Below are positions 26,234-36,923 of a stretch of DNA of 64,000 nt, piece by piece; within the stretch, counting starts at the first letter, position 1; the number at the start of each line of letters is the position of its first letter. The position numbers were made by a program, and so were the translations under genes. Source of the DNA: Acidimicrobiia bacterium (GTDB lineage: Bacteria > Actinomycetota > Acidimicrobiia > Spongiisociales > ZC4RG35); contig CBDBCY010000002.1 of assembly GCA_965203555.1 (NCBI GenBank), forward strand, positions 32,001-96,000, read 5' to 3'. The notes beneath the pieces were generated by a model. The model was given only the letters and a program-made list of their open reading frames with translations. It had not been told where the DNA came from and did not search any database.

Positions 26234-28993
26234 CTATCCGGTATTTCGCATCCCCGCGGCGATTCCATTGACGGTTATCAGCAAAGCGCGCTGCAGCAGG
26301 GGGTCGAACGAGTCCTTGGAGCGGGACCTTTTCAGAAGCGAGACCTGCAGGAAGTTGAGGGGATCCAGGTAGATGTCACGGACTTCCAGGGTGCGCCGCA
26401 GCACCGGGCTGGAGTCGAGCAACGGCCCACCGGTGAGCCGCGACACTTCTTCGCAGGTCCGGCGGTACTCGTCGCGGATAGTGTCGAAGATGTGATGGTG
26501 GCGGGGATCCACCAGTTCGGACACATACCGGGTCGCTACGTCCAGGTCGGTCTTGAAAAGGGTCATCTCCACGTTGGAGACGAACATGTCGAGAAAGGAC
26601 CATTTGCGGAAGGCCTCTTTCAGGGTCCCGCCAAGTCCGGCCTGCCGGGCGGCTGCCAGACCTGATCCGAGCCCGTACCAACCGGGGATCACCTGGCGGG
26701 ACTGCGTCCATCCGAACACCCAGGGAATGGCCCTCATACTCTCCAATTCCGCCTTCTGCCCACCGGGCCGGCGGGCCGGCCGGGAACCGATGTTCAGGTA
26801 GGCCAACTCCTCCACCGGAGTGGAGGAGACAAAGTACTCCACCAGTCCGTCGGTCTGCATCAGTTGGCGGTAGGAGTCGAAACTCGCCTGCGACACCACG
26901 TCCATGGCCTGATACCACATCCGGCGTTCGGCGTCGCGGTGTTGATGAACGCGGTGGAGAAGCGATGACTCCAACACCGAGGACAGACCCAATTCGAGGT
27001 TGCGATCCGCCAGGGCCGGCAGCCCGTATTTGTCGGAGATGACCTCTCCCTGCTCGGTGACCTTTACGGACCCGTTCACGGTGCCGGCGGGCTGGGCAAG
27101 TATCGCCCTGTGAGTGGGACCTCCGCCGCGTCCCACCGTTCCTCCCCGGCCGTGGAACAGCAAGAGCCGTACGCCATGTCGCTGCGTGACATTCAACAAC
27201 TCTGTCTGCGCCTGGTATATCTCCCACTGCGAGGTGGTGATGCCCCCGTGCTTGCTGGAATCGGAGTATCCCAGCATCACCTCCTGGGAGTCGCCCCGCA
27301 GGCGCACCAACCGCCGGTACCCCTCGTCGGAGAGAAGCCGGTCCAGGATCCGGGGGGCGGCCCGCAACTCGGTGATGGTCTCCAGCAGCGGGACGAAACC
27401 GAGCCGGGCGACGCCCCGGTGCAGGTCCACCAGGCCCGCCTCCCGGGCGAGAGCGGCGGCGGCCAGGATGTCGTCGGGTCCCCGGGTCATGGAGACGATG
27501 TAGCTCTCGATCACCTCCGGTCCGAACCGGTCCAAGGCCCGGCGAACGGTGTGGAAGGTCTCCAGGACCGCATCTTCCCGGTTGCCCAGCTTGGTGGTCG
27601 GGGTGGCCAACGGCCTGGGACTGGCCAGTTCCTCCGACAGGAGGCGGGTTCTCGAGTCGGGGTCCAGGGATGCGTACTCGATGGAGAGGGGCTCGTAGAG
27701 CTTGGCCAGTGCCATGTGGTGATGCCCGGCGTGTTCCCGGATGTCCATCACCGCCATGCAGAAACCGAAGATCAGCACATTGCGGATCAGACGGGCCAGG
27801 GCGCCTTCCGCGATCAATTCCCCGGCGTTGTCCCGCAATGAGGACTCCATCAGCAAGAGTTCTCGCAAGAGCTCCCGGGGATGTGAGTAGTCGGCGCCGG
27901 GGACGTGCCGGGAACCGTCTTCCAGGCGCTTCAGGGTGTTTCGGAGCCGTTGGTGTATGAACGCCAGCTTCAGCCGGTACGGCTCGGTGGCGTTGAGTCG
28001 CTTCCATCGCTTCCAGACATGGGGCAGGATGAGCTTGTCGCCTTCAAGTTCGGTCACCAGTTCTGCGGAGACACCCTGGATGAGGCTGGAAACGGAGAGT
28101 TCGGCCGCCAGGTGTTCGACGGCGGTCACCAGGTTGCGCAGACCCTGGCGGTGTTGCCGCTCCAGCACCTCCATGGTCACGTCTGCGGTGATGTTGGGGT
28201 TCCCGTCGCGGTCGCCGCCCACCCAGGTCCCGAATCGGATGGGCGGGCGCCGGTCGTGCGCTATTCCCAGGCGAGAAAACTGGTGACGGATCTTCTCGCC
28301 CAGGTCCGGCATTACTTCCGTGAACAGATCGTTGAGATAGAAAAGAACCGCTCCCGCCTCGTCCTGGGGTAGAGGCCTGACTCCTCGCAACTCGTCGGTC
28401 TGCCACATCTGGTCGATCAACTCGGCGGTGCGGCGGTCCACCAGGGTGTGCTGGAAGGCGGTTGCCCGCGGATCGTTGCGCTCCACCAGCAGTTCGGAGA
28501 GAGCCTTCTGCTTGTTGAGCAGACTCCTGCGAGCCGCTTCGGTGGGGTGTGCGGTGAACACCGGTCGCCATTCCAGACGCCCGGCCACCTCCCGGATCGA
28601 TGCAGGGTCGCAGTCGCTTTCCAGGATCCGGTCTATGGTTCTCTCCAGTAGCCGATCATCGTCTTGGGAAGTCAGGTCGTCCACCCGATGCACTTGCTCG
28701 GCGACGTTGGCCAGGTAGAAGTAGATGCTGAAGGCGCGGGCCAGATTGATGGCTTGGTGCAGATCCAGACCGGCGAGCAGTCGATCGAGTTGTTGAACTG
28801 CCTGGATCTCCTCCCGGTACCGGATTGCCTTGGCCACCGCCCTGACGCTTTCGACCATGTCCAGGAGCGCCTCGCCCTGCTGACGTACCAGGGTGTCTCC
28901 CAGTTGATGGCCCAATCGACGGATGTCCTTTCGGAGTAACCTGCTGCGTTCGTCCCGCTCCGAATAGGGGGAATTTGAAGCCCGACGAGCCAT
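26234..28993 (-). CDS. ppc: Phosphoenolpyruvate carboxylase
   Basis: VFTAHPTE, WVGGDRDGNP, MLGYSDSSK, FHGRGGTVGRGGGP, TEQGE, RAIPWVFGWTQ, MRNTG. Confidence 0.97.
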   Translation of the reverse strand: MARRASNSPYSERDERSRLLRKDIRRLGHQLGDTLVRQQGEALLDMVESVRAVAKAIRYREEIQAVQQLDRLLAGLDLHQAINLARAFSIYFYLANVAEQVHRVDDLTSQDDDRLLERTIDRILESDCDPASIREVAGRLEWRPVFTAHPTEAARRSLLNKQKALSELLVERNDPRATAFQHTLVDRRTAELIDQMWQTDELRGVRPLPQDEAGAVLFYLNDLFTEVMPDLGEKIRHQFSRLGIAHDRRPPIRFGTWVGGDRDGNPNITADVTMEVLERQHRQGLRNLVTAVEHLAAELSVSSLIQGVSAELVTELEGDKLILPHVWKRWKRLNATEPYRLKLAFIHQRLRNTLKRLEDGSRHVPGADYSHPRELLRELLLMESSLRDNAGELIAEGALARLIRNVLIFGFCMAVMDIREHAGHHHMALAKLYEPLSIEYASLDPDSRTRLLSEELASPRPLATPTTKLGNREDAVLETFHTVRRALDRFGPEVIESYIVSMTRGPDDILAAAALAREAGLVDLHRGVARLGFVPLLETITELRAAPRILDRLLSDEGYRRLVRLRGDSQEVMLGYSDSSKHGGITTSQWEIYQAQTELLNVTQRHGVRLLLFHGRGGTVGRGGGPTHRAILAQPAGTVNGSVKVTEQGEVISDKYGLPALADRNLELGLSSVLESSLLHRVHQHRDAERRMWYQAMDVVSQASFDSYRQLMQTDGLVEYFVSSTPVEELAYLNIGSRPARRPGGQKAELESMRAIPWVFGWTQSRQVIPGWYGLGSGLAAARQAGLGGTLKEAFRKWSFLDMFVSNVEMTLFKTDLDVATRYVSELVDPRHHHIFDTIRDEYRRTCEEVSRLTGGPLLDSSPVLRRTLEVRDIYLDPLNFLQVSLLKRSRSKDSFDPLLQRALLITVNGIAAGMRNTG

Positions 28994-29014
28994 ATTGGGT
29001 TCAGGAACGGTTGG

Positions 29015-29248
29015 TTACAGTCGTACCACCGGGCAGGTGAGAGTGCGGGTGATCCCTCGTAACATCTGGATTTCGGAAACTACCAGTCTTCCCAACGCGT
29101 CCACGTCGGGTGCCTGCACCTTGACCATCACGTCGTAAGGGCCGGTTACGTTTTCGGCTTCCTCCACCCCCGTGATCAACCGTACGTTCTCCGCTACCTG
29201 CTGGGCTTTGCCGACTTCGGTCTGAATCAATATGTAAGCGGTAGCCAC
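29015..29248 (-). CDS. Lrp/AsnC ligand-binding domain protein
   Basis: AYILIQTEVGKA...VTGPYDV...GITRTLTCPVV; GGAGGA RBS. Confidence 0.85.
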   Translation of the reverse strand: MATAYILIQTEVGKAQQVAENVRLITGVEEAENVTGPYDVMVKVQAPDVDALGRLVVSEIQMLRGITRTLTCPVVRL

Positions 29249-29264
29249 TGTTTTTCCTCCGAGT

Positions 29265-29477
29265 TCAATAGCCGTCCTGGCCCATCCTGACGGAGTGGGC
29301 GAATGACTGCTCTCCGTCCCTTTCGGTTTCAAATACGATCCGCTGTCCCTGCCTGAGAAAGCGAAAGATGGACCCTTGCAGAGAGCCCGGTCTGAGAAGT
29401 ACCGCACTCCGGTCATCGTCTCGTATGATCACTCCGATCCCGGTCTGGGGATCGTAGGTCTTGACGACTCCCTGCAC
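29265..29477 (-). CDS. Cold-shock-like OB-fold small protein
   Basis: MQGVVKTYDPQTGIG...LRQGQRIVFE. Confidence 0.7.
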   Translation of the reverse strand: MQGVVKTYDPQTGIGVIIRDDDRSAVLLRPGSLQGSIFRFLRQGQRIVFETERDGEQSFAHSVRMGQDGY

Positions 29478-29480
29478 TAC

Positions 29481-29669
29481 CTAGACCTTCTCCACCTTGC
29501 CTGCTTTGATGCAAGACGTGCAGACCCGGGCCCGGCGGGTATTGGACCCCCGGCGGACCCGGATACGCTGTATGTTGGGACGCCACCGGCGGTTGTTTCT
29601 TTTGTGAGAGAAGGTCACGGTCTTTCCGAAAGACGGCTTACGCCCGCAGACCTCGCATTGGTACGCCAT
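29481..29669 (-). CDS. rpmB: 50S ribosomal protein L28
   Basis: [15 protein letters not shown]...[14 protein letters not shown]...[11 protein letters not shown]. Confidence 0.95.
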   Translation of the reverse strand: MAYQCEVCGRKPSFGKTVTFSHKRNNRRWRPNIQRIRVRRGSNTRRARVCTSCIKAGKVEKV

Positions 29670-29731
29670 GGATTTCCTCCTGACCGAGAGAATAGCAAGC
29701 TTAAATAACAGATAACCAACCGAACTGAACA

Positions 29732-32011
29732 ATGAGCGCACCCGGATCCCCCACCCCATCCTTGCCCGGTTCACCCACTGCGACCAGGGGTCGCAGCTTG
29801 GCCTATCTGCATACGGTCGGTGTGGAAAGAGTCCGTTACATCGGGTCGGGACGGGCCGGGATACTGGGAAAGGGCGGTATCGAATCGGTGGCCGACCTTC
29901 TGCAGCACTTTCCCCACCGATACGTGGATCGCACCCTGGTGGCGCCGATCGCCGAACTTCCGGTCGGTGAGGAGGCGACCCTCCTTGCGGAGGTGGTCAG
30001 GACTTATCGGCCCCCTTCGGCGGGTCGAAGGGGGCGAAGACAGATGCTGAAAGTCACCGTTGCGGACCCCGATCGGCCGGATGGCGGGCAGGGCCAGGCG
30101 CTGATCGGAAGATCCAGGATGGAGATCACCTTCTTCAACCAACCCTTCCGCAGCCGTCAACTTCAGCCCGGAACGATCGCCGCCTTCTCGGGAAAGGTGA
30201 GTCTTTTCAGGGGTCGGCCCCAGATGACCAATCCCGACGTGGAGGTGATGGCTGCCGGTGAGGAGGAGTTCTCCGGAAAGGTGGTTCCGGTCCATTCGGC
30301 GGTGGGAGAGTTGCCGCCCACGAGAATTCGGCTCGCCATGCGCAATGCTCTGGACCGGGCCAGGCCCATTCATGATCCCGTTCCCCGCTCGGTGCTGAGG
30401 AGGAACAAGCTGATGGACCGGGATCAGGCTTTTGCCAACATCCATTTCCCCGAGAACCTGGATCTGGCCGAGGAGGCGCGCAGACGCCTGGTGTTCGATG
30501 AACTGTTCAGGATCCAGATGGCCCTGGCGCTGAGCCGTCACCGGTTGGTCGAAGAGCAGGAGGGGGTGTCCCAGCAGGTGGATTGCCCGCTGGTGGACAC
30601 TTTCCTGGGGGGCCTCCCCTACGACCTGACGGGCGCCCAGAAGCGGGTGATCGAAGAGATAGCCCGGGACATGGCGGGGTCTTGTCCCATGCACCGGATG
30701 CTGCAGGGCGAGGTGGGGTCGGGCAAGACAGTGGTGGCCCTGGTCACGTTGCTGGCGGCGGTGGGATCGGGGAACCAGGCCGCCATCATGGCGCCCACCG
30801 AAGTGCTGGCCGAGCAACTTTACATGGTCCTTCGGGAGATGCTCAGTCATGCGGGTCTGTCTCCTCCCGTTGCCCGTCCGCAGGGAGAGGGTCATCGGAT
30901 GGGATCTCTGTTTCAAGCCGGATCCGAGGTCACCGTCCGAGTCGCCCTTCTCACCTCCTCCCGCGCATCGGCCAACTATCTGCAGGAGCCCCGCCGTCCG
31001 CAGGTCAAAGAAGCGGTGGCGACGGGACATGCCCAGATCGTGGTGGGTACCCACTCCCTGATCCAAGAGGGGATCCGCTTTCGTCGGCTGGGGGTGGCAG
31101 TGGTGGACGAGCAGCATCGATTCGGGGTGTCACAGCGTAACACTCTCAAGTACAAGACGACCCGATGGCAGCCGGATCTGCTCATAATGACCGCCACTCC
31201 CATTCCCAGGACGTTGTCGATGACTCTTTACGGGGACCTGGCGCTCTCCTACATAGACGAGATGCCGCCGGGGCGTTCTCCGGTGAGAACCCGGGTTGTG
31301 AAAAACACTCCCGAAGGCCTGGGCAGGGCGTATGGGGTGATCAGGGAAGAGGTCCGCAAAGGCAGGCAGGCGTTTGTGATATGCCCGCTGATCGACGACA
31401 GCGAGAAACTGGAGGTCAGTTCGGTTGCTTCCCAGTATCAGCAGGTACGGTCCGTGTTTCCCCGTCTGTCGGTCGACCGTATGCACGGACAACTCTCCAG
31501 CATCGAAAAGGAAGAGGTGATGACCCGATTCCGGGCGGGGGAGACCGACATTTTGGTCAGCACCACCGTGATAGAGGTCGGGATCGACATCCCCAACGCC
31601 ACGGTGATGTTGATCACCGACGCCCAGCGCTTCGGACTTTCCCAGCTCCACCAATTGCGAGGCAGGGTGGGTCGTGGAAAACACTCGGGGCACTGCCTGT
31701 TGGTGGCCGAACCCGCCACTGCCGCCTCCGAGAGGAGGATGCGGGCGATGGCCCGCACCACCAACGGTTTGAAATTGGCGGAAGAAGATCTGAGGATCAG
31801 GGGTCAGGGCACCGTGTTCGGGGCCAGACAGTCGGGGATGGGGGACCTGAAACTGGCTGACATTCTGCGGGACCACCGGGCCTTGAGGCGGGCCAGGGAG
31901 GCCGCCGCCGACCTGATCCGGTCGGATCCCGAACTGAATAGGCACCGGGACTTGGAAGAGGAACTTCTCACCATCCTGGGTGAAGATGTGAAGTGGCTGT
32001 TCGACTCATGA
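29732..32011 (+). CDS. recG: ATP-dependent DNA helicase RecG
   Basis: [50 protein letters not shown]. Confidence 0.95.
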   Translation: MSAPGSPTPSLPGSPTATRGRSLAYLHTVGVERVRYIGSGRAGILGKGGIESVADLLQHFPHRYVDRTLVAPIAELPVGEEATLLAEVVRTYRPPSAGRRGRRQMLKVTVADPDRPDGGQGQALIGRSRMEITFFNQPFRSRQLQPGTIAAFSGKVSLFRGRPQMTNPDVEVMAAGEEEFSGKVVPVHSAVGELPPTRIRLAMRNALDRARPIHDPVPRSVLRRNKLMDRDQAFANIHFPENLDLAEEARRRLVFDELFRIQMALALSRHRLVEEQEGVSQQVDCPLVDTFLGGLPYDLTGAQKRVIEEIARDMAGSCPMHRMLQGEVGSGKTVVALVTLLAAVGSGNQAAIMAPTEVLAEQLYMVLREMLSHAGLSPPVARPQGEGHRMGSLFQAGSEVTVRVALLTSSRASANYLQEPRRPQVKEAVATGHAQIVVGTHSLIQEGIRFRRLGVAVVDEQHRFGVSQRNTLKYKTTRWQPDLLIMTATPIPRTLSMTLYGDLALSYIDEMPPGRSPVRTRVVKNTPEGLGRAYGVIREEVRKGRQAFVICPLIDDSEKLEVSSVASQYQQVRSVFPRLSVDRMHGQLSSIEKEEVMTRFRAGETDILVSTTVIEVGIDIPNATVMLITDAQRFGLSQLHQLRGRVGRGKHSGHCLLVAEPATAASERRMRAMARTTNGLKLAEEDLRIRGQGTVFGARQSGMGDLKLADILRDHRALRRAREAAADLIRSDPELNRHRDLEEELLTILGEDVKWLFDS

Positions 32012-32553
32012 GAGTTATAGCCGGCAGGTATCGAGGATTGCGCCTCCGGGTTCCCCGCGGTCCGGGTACCCGACCCGCCACCGGACGGGTACGCGAGTCG
32101 GTATTCTCGGCGCTGGGTCCCACCGTGGTGGGGGCCGCAGTCCTGGATCTCTTCGCCGGTTCGGGAAGTCTGGGAATCGAGGCGCTGAGCAGGGGAGGAC
32201 GGTCGGCGGTGTTCGTGGAGCGGTCGCGACCTGCAGTGTCCGCCCTGCGGTCCAACCTCGAGTCCACGGGGGCCACCGATCATGCCGAGGTGGTATCCAG
32301 GAGTGTGGAGAGGTTTGTGGAAGAGGACCGGGCGGGACTTCGTTTCGATATAGTCTTCGCCGACCCCCCTTGGGATATATCATCAGGGAGACTGGCTGGG
32401 ATACTGGCGCGAGTTACCCGCCGGATGACCCCCGGCGCCGTAGCTGTCGTCACTCGCCGGGCGGGTGACGGTGTGCCGGTGGTCGACGGGTTGGAGGTTG
32501 CCGACCAGCGACGTCACGGTGACGCCGAAATTATCAGATATCGCAAGGAGTGA
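32008..32553 (+). CDS. rsmD: 16S rRNA m2G966 methyltransferase
   Basis: MRVIAG...TRPATGRVRESVF, LDLFAGSGSLGIEALSRG, FADPPW. Confidence 0.92.
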   Translation: MRVIAGRYRGLRLRVPRGPGTRPATGRVRESVFSALGPTVVGAAVLDLFAGSGSLGIEALSRGGRSAVFVERSRPAVSALRSNLESTGATDHAEVVSRSVERFVEEDRAGLRFDIVFADPPWDISSGRLAGILARVTRRMTPGAVAVVTRRAGDGVPVVDGLEVADQRRHGDAEIIRYRKE

Positions 32554-32556
32554 AGG

Positions 32557-33033
32557 ATGACCGTCGCTCTCTGTCCGGGGAGTTTCGATCCGCCTACCAG
32601 CGGACATCTGGATGTGATCCGCCGGTGCACCCGTCTGTTCGACCGGGTGGTGGTGGGCGTGGTGATCAACCCGTCCAAGCAATCGCTGTTCACCCTCCAT
32701 GAGCGCGTGGGTTTTCTGGAGTCGGCTCTTTCCGACCTTCCCCAGGTGGTGGTCCGTCACCACCAGGGCCTTCTGGTGGACTTCGCCCGCCGGGAGGGCG
32801 CCCAGGTGATGGTGAAGGGTTTGCGGGCGGTGAGCGACTTCGACAGCGAGTTGCAAATGGCCCAGATGAACCAGACGGTGGGAGGCATCGAGACCATGTT
32901 CATGCCGACCAGCCCCACGTGGAGTTTTCTCTCGTCTTCCCTGATCCGGGAAGTTGCCTCGCTGGGAGGATCAGTGGCAGGCTTGGTGCCCGACAATGTC
33001 GCCGAAGCAATGAAGGAGCGTTTCCATGAGTGA
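32557..33033 (+). CDS. coaD: Pantetheine-phosphate adenylyltransferase
   Basis: PGSFDPPTSGHLD, KGLRAVSDF, SSSLIREVA. Confidence 0.95.
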   Translation: MTVALCPGSFDPPTSGHLDVIRRCTRLFDRVVVGVVINPSKQSLFTLHERVGFLESALSDLPQVVVRHHQGLLVDFARREGAQVMVKGLRAVSDFDSELQMAQMNQTVGGIETMFMPTSPTWSFLSSSLIREVASLGGSVAGLVPDNVAEAMKERFHE

Positions 33034-33559
33034 TGAGCAGATCCCTCACCTCCAACAATCAGAGGTTGTCCCAGTTCGTTCCTCGGTTGGTTACCTGCTC
33101 GGGCTGGTGGAGGAGTTGATCGACGAGGTGCGCAATGCCCGCTCCCTTCCTCTGTCGCAAAACGCCCTGGTGGACCGGGAGAAGATGCTTTCTCGGCTCG
33201 ACGATCTCCTCAGGGGCCTTCCCGACGAATTGCGGGCCGCCCGGTGGATGGTCCGAGAGCGAGAAAACTTCATGCGACGAGCCCAGGACCAGTCCGACGA
33301 AATCGTCAACCGGGCCAGATCGGAGGCACGGCGCCTGGTCAGCCAGTCTCACATTCTGGAAGAGGCCGTTGCGGAGGCCAACGCGCTGGTGCGCAGGGCA
33401 GAAGGCGAGGCCAGGCGTACCCGGCTGGAGGCCGAGGACATGGCGGACGCGGTCATGGAGTCATTGGAGACCCTGATCGGCGATCTGGCGGCCAGAGTGA
33501 GTTCCACGCGGTCTGAACTCCACAGGGCCCGGCCGGTTGATCCGGCCCCTCCCGTCTGA
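33026..33559 (+). CDS. Conserved coiled-coil (DivIVA/SepIVA-like) protein
   Basis: ARSLPLS...LPDELRAARW; usual position between coaD and yceD in Actinomycetota. Confidence 0.7.
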   Translation: MSDEQIPHLQQSEVVPVRSSVGYLLGLVEELIDEVRNARSLPLSQNALVDREKMLSRLDDLLRGLPDELRAARWMVRERENFMRRAQDQSDEIVNRARSEARRLVSQSHILEEAVAEANALVRRAEGEARRTRLEAEDMADAVMESLETLIGDLAARVSSTRSELHRARPVDPAPPV

Positions 33560-34044
33560 TGCGATCCCCGATGAAGGTGGACGTCGCCCACTTCATGAAC
33601 GGTGCGGGCCGAAGCGACCGGCGCAGTTTTCTTTTGCCCATCGGGGTGCAGATGCCGTTGGTCGAAGCCCAAGAAGCCAACGTGGATATTCTTTTGGAGG
33701 GAGACGATGAGGGGATCCGCCTCAGGGGAACCATTGCCGCCGACGTCACATTGAACTGCTACCGCTGTCTGGAGGAATGGCGAACCGGGAGAGTGATTCA
33801 GTTTGACCGAACGGTGCGGCGCCTACCCGATGCCGACGGATACATCCTTCCGGAGGACGGGTGTCTGGAGTTGGATGGGATTGTCATCGACGAGGTGGTA
33901 CTCTCTTTGCCGACTGCGCCACTGTGCGAAGAGGACTGTCCCGGAATCTGCTCCGGATGCGGAGTCCACTTGAATGCAGGGGTATGCAAATGTGTTGACG
34001 AAGATCGGCATTCTCCGTTTTCTGTCTTGTCCGAATTGCTATAG
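33559..34044 (+). CDS. DUF177/YceD family protein
   Basis: CYRCL and PLCEEDCPGICSGCG; lies upstream of rpmF. Confidence 0.85.
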   Translation: MRSPMKVDVAHFMNGAGRSDRRSFLLPIGVQMPLVEAQEANVDILLEGDDEGIRLRGTIAADVTLNCYRCLEEWRTGRVIQFDRTVRRLPDADGYILPEDGCLELDGIVIDEVVLSLPTAPLCEEDCPGICSGCGVHLNAGVCKCVDEDRHSPFSVLSELL

Positions 34045-34055
34045 GAGAGTCAACA

Positions 34056-34232
34056 ATGGCTGTTCCCAAGAAAAAGAGTTCCAAGATGCGCACCAGGCAA
34101 AGAAAAGCGGCTTGGAAGGTCAGTCCGCCCACCCTTTCCAAGTGCCCGCGATGTCATGCTTTCCGACTTTCCCATCGGGCCTGTTCGGAGTGCGGTAACT
34201 ATCGAGGACGTGAAATAGTCGAACTCGAGTAG
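34056..34232 (+). CDS. rpmF: 50S ribosomal protein L32 (missed by ORF track)
   Basis: Manual translation: MAVPKKKSSKMRTRQRKAAWK...CPRC...HRACSECGNYRGREIVELE*; AGGAG RBS. Confidence 0.95.
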   Translation: MAVPKKKSSKMRTRQRKAAWKVSPPTLSKCPRCHAFRLSHRACSECGNYRGREIVELE

Positions 34233-35206
34233 TGCCGATCATTGCTCTGGATGCCGGTGGGGGCGATTTCGCCCCGCAGGAGACGGTTGCTGGTGCGGTG
34301 GCGGCGGCCGCCGACGGGGTCGATGTGCTGTTGGTGGGAGACCGCCCGGTGTTGGAGACCGAATTGGCAAGTCACGGGGTGGAACTACCCATCGTCCACG
34401 CTCCTTCGGTGGTGGGGATGGGGGACTTCCCGATCAGGGCGATCAGGGAAGTGCCGGACTCCTCGGTGGTGGTCTGCGGGCGATTGGTCTCCTCCGGCGA
34501 GGCGGCGGGTTTTGTTTCGGCCGGCTCCACCGGAGCCTCGATGGCGGTGGCCGCGGTCGGGATGGGCCGGTTGCCGGGAGTCTCCAGGCCCGCCATAGCC
34601 AGCCTCATGCCCATCCCGTGGAACCCGACCGTTCTATGCGATGCCGGGGCCAACCTGGCGGTGCGTCCCAGCCAACTGGTGGAGTTCGCGGTGATGGGAT
34701 CGGTGGTGGCGGAGACCACTGCCGGTATCACATCTCCGAGGGTGGGATTGCTGAACAACGGCTCGGAGGATTCGAAAGGAAGGGAGATGGAGAGGGAAGG
34801 CCTGGAGCTCTTGCGTAAGGCCCCGGTCAACTTCGTAGGGAATATCGAGGGAAGCGACTTTGCCACAGGGGTGGTGGATGTGATCGTCACCGATGGATTC
34901 ACCGGAAATGTCTTCCTGAAAACGGTGGAGGCCTCGGTGGTGATGGTCGCCAAGGCGTTCTTCTCGATGCTGGCCGAGAATGACCCGGAGGCCGAAGAAA
35001 AGGTGCGACCCCGGTTCTCGGCCCAGGGTCGCCAACTCATGGAGGATCGCCACGCCGGTGCCCACTTGGTCGGCGCCCGGGGGATAGCGGTCATAGCCCA
35101 TGGGCACGCCCGGAGCGCGGCCGTCTCCAAGGCGCTGCATATGGCGCATGAGGGTTCCGAGACCCGGCTGGCTGAACGGATCGAGGAGAGTTTTCACTGT
35201 CTGTAA
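34232..35206 (+). CDS. plsX: Phosphate acyltransferase
   Basis: IALDAGGGDFAP, SAGSTGA, RPAIA, DAGAN, GNIEG, VTDGFTGNVFLK. Confidence 0.93.
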   Translation: MPIIALDAGGGDFAPQETVAGAVAAAADGVDVLLVGDRPVLETELASHGVELPIVHAPSVVGMGDFPIRAIREVPDSSVVVCGRLVSSGEAAGFVSAGSTGASMAVAAVGMGRLPGVSRPAIASLMPIPWNPTVLCDAGANLAVRPSQLVEFAVMGSVVAETTAGITSPRVGLLNNGSEDSKGREMEREGLELLRKAPVNFVGNIEGSDFATGVVDVIVTDGFTGNVFLKTVEASVVMVAKAFFSMLAENDPEAEEKVRPRFSAQGRQLMEDRHAGAHLVGARGIAVIAHGHARSAAVSKALHMAHEGSETRLAERIEESFHCL

Positions 35207-36024
35207 CCCGTCTGCAGAACCGCCTGGGTTATCGTTTCAGCTCCCGGGAACTGTTGTTGACTGCCCTCACTCATCCATCGTACGCCAATGAGAAGGGGAT
35301 TGCCGATTACGAGAGGTTGGAGTTTTTGGGAGACACCGTTCTGCAACTGGTGGTGACTCGGCATCTATTCAGGGAGTATTCCCACCTTCGGGAGGGCCAG
35401 ATGACCCGGGTTAGGGCGGCGGTGGTGAGAAAGGAGACATTGGCAGAGGTGGCGAACGCTTTGGGGATGGGCGAGGCGCTTCGGTTGGGAAAGGGAGAAA
35501 TCCAATCGGGGGGAAGGGAAAAGACCAGCATCCTGGCCGATGCCATGGAGGCGGTTGTCGGAGCGGTGTATGAAGACGGAGGTTGGAAGTCGGTCCGGAG
35601 ACTGGTCATGAATCACTGGCGGACGATGATCGCCGACCAGGCGGCCATGCCCGACGCTCGTGACGCCAAAACACGCTTGCAGGAGGTGTTGGCTTCCGAG
35701 GACAAGGCGCCCGAATACCGTAGGAGCGAAGCGGGACCGGGCCACGCCCGGCGTTTTAGAGTGGAAGTGTGGATAGTGGCTGCTGTTTGGGCGGAACCGG
35801 CGACTTCGCAGCCTGAGACCTGCCAGGGGATAGGAGAGGGGTCCTCTCGGCGCTTGGCCGAACAGCGAGCGGCGGCCGACGCCTTGAGCAATCTCTATCC
35901 CGACTCGACTGAGACGCGAACGAGGCCGGCGTCCTCTGTTTCATCCCTTTCTCCGCCAAAACCGCATCCGATAATGCAGCGTATCAGGGACTGGGGAAAC
36001 AGGAGAGCGGCAGAGGGGTCCTGA
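35197..36024 (+). CDS. rnc: Ribonuclease III (probable CTG start)
   Basis: ALTHPSY, ERLEFLGD, ADAMEAVVGA and a dsRBD (KTRLQE...AEQRAA). Upstream frame reads SVTRLQNRLGYRF from CTG 35197. Confidence 0.9.
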   Translation: MSVTRLQNRLGYRFSSRELLLTALTHPSYANEKGIADYERLEFLGDTVLQLVVTRHLFREYSHLREGQMTRVRAAVVRKETLAEVANALGMGEALRLGKGEIQSGGREKTSILADAMEAVVGAVYEDGGWKSVRRLVMNHWRTMIADQAAMPDARDAKTRLQEVLASEDKAPEYRRSEAGPGHARRFRVEVWIVAAVWAEPATSQPETCQGIGEGSSRRLAEQRAAADALSNLYPDSTETRTRPASSVSSLSPPKPHPIMQRIRDWGNRRAAEGS

Positions 36025-36034
36025 CCGCGCAGTT

Positions 36035-36880
36035 ATGCCCGAACTGCCCGAAGTGGAGACGGTGCGGCGGGCCATCCACCCGCAGTTGGTGGGTAAAGAG
36101 GTGGAAGCCGCCCGGATTTGCCACCCCCGGACCGCCCGCCGCCACGCCCGTCCCACCGACGTGGAGGATCGCCTGCTCGGCCGCCGGGTTGTGGGGACGG
36201 ACCGGATTGGAAAGTTCCTGATGGTGCGATTGGATTCCGATCTGACTTGGGTGATGCATCTGGGAATGTCGGGCCGTATCCGTCTGGTCCCGGCGGGGGA
36301 TCCCATGGAACTGCACACCCGCTTTTGGGCGGATACCGCTTCGGGGCCCGCTCTCCGGTTTGTCGATGCCAGGACCTTTGGATTCGTGGCGGTGTTCACC
36401 TCCGCAGAGTTCAGCGTATCCAGCCTGGCCAAGCTGGGCCCCGACGCCTGGAATCAATTGCCCGCCGCCGGTCGTCTCTTGGAACGGATGAAGTCTCGGT
36501 CCATCGCCGTGAAGAGCCTGCTGTTGGATCAGCGATTCCTGGCGGGCCTGGGGAACATCTATGCCGACGAGGTGTTGCACCGGGCGGGGATACACCCGGC
36601 CCGCCCGGCCGGAAGCCTCACCGAGTCGGAGGCGGCGATGCTCCATGCCCAGGTGAAGCCGGTGCTGGCGGACGGAATCAGGCGGGGAGGCACCAGTCTG
36701 GACGACCTGGCCTACCTCTTGCCGGACGGTAGGGCGGGAGGCTTTCTCCAATACCTGCGGGCCTACGGGCGGGAGGGGCGCCCTTGCCGGTCTTGTGACA
36801 CCCCCATCCGCCGGATGGTGATCGGGGCGCGGTCATGTTTCTTCTGCCCATCTTGCCAGGCGCCTCCCGGAGACGGATAA
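36035..36880 (+). CDS. mutM: Formamidopyrimidine-DNA glycosylase
   Basis: MPELPEVE, HLGMSG, GLGNIYADE, C-terminal zinc finger. Confidence 0.95.
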   Translation: MPELPEVETVRRAIHPQLVGKEVEAARICHPRTARRHARPTDVEDRLLGRRVVGTDRIGKFLMVRLDSDLTWVMHLGMSGRIRLVPAGDPMELHTRFWADTASGPALRFVDARTFGFVAVFTSAEFSVSSLAKLGPDAWNQLPAAGRLLERMKSRSIAVKSLLLDQRFLAGLGNIYADEVLHRAGIHPARPAGSLTESEAAMLHAQVKPVLADGIRRGGTSLDDLAYLLPDGRAGGFLQYLRAYGREGRPCRSCDTPIRRMVIGARSCFFCPSCQAPPGDG

Positions 36881-36923
36881 ACCGTTGTTTGGGGTACCCG
36901 GCGGTTAGGTTGGGTATTTCCCC

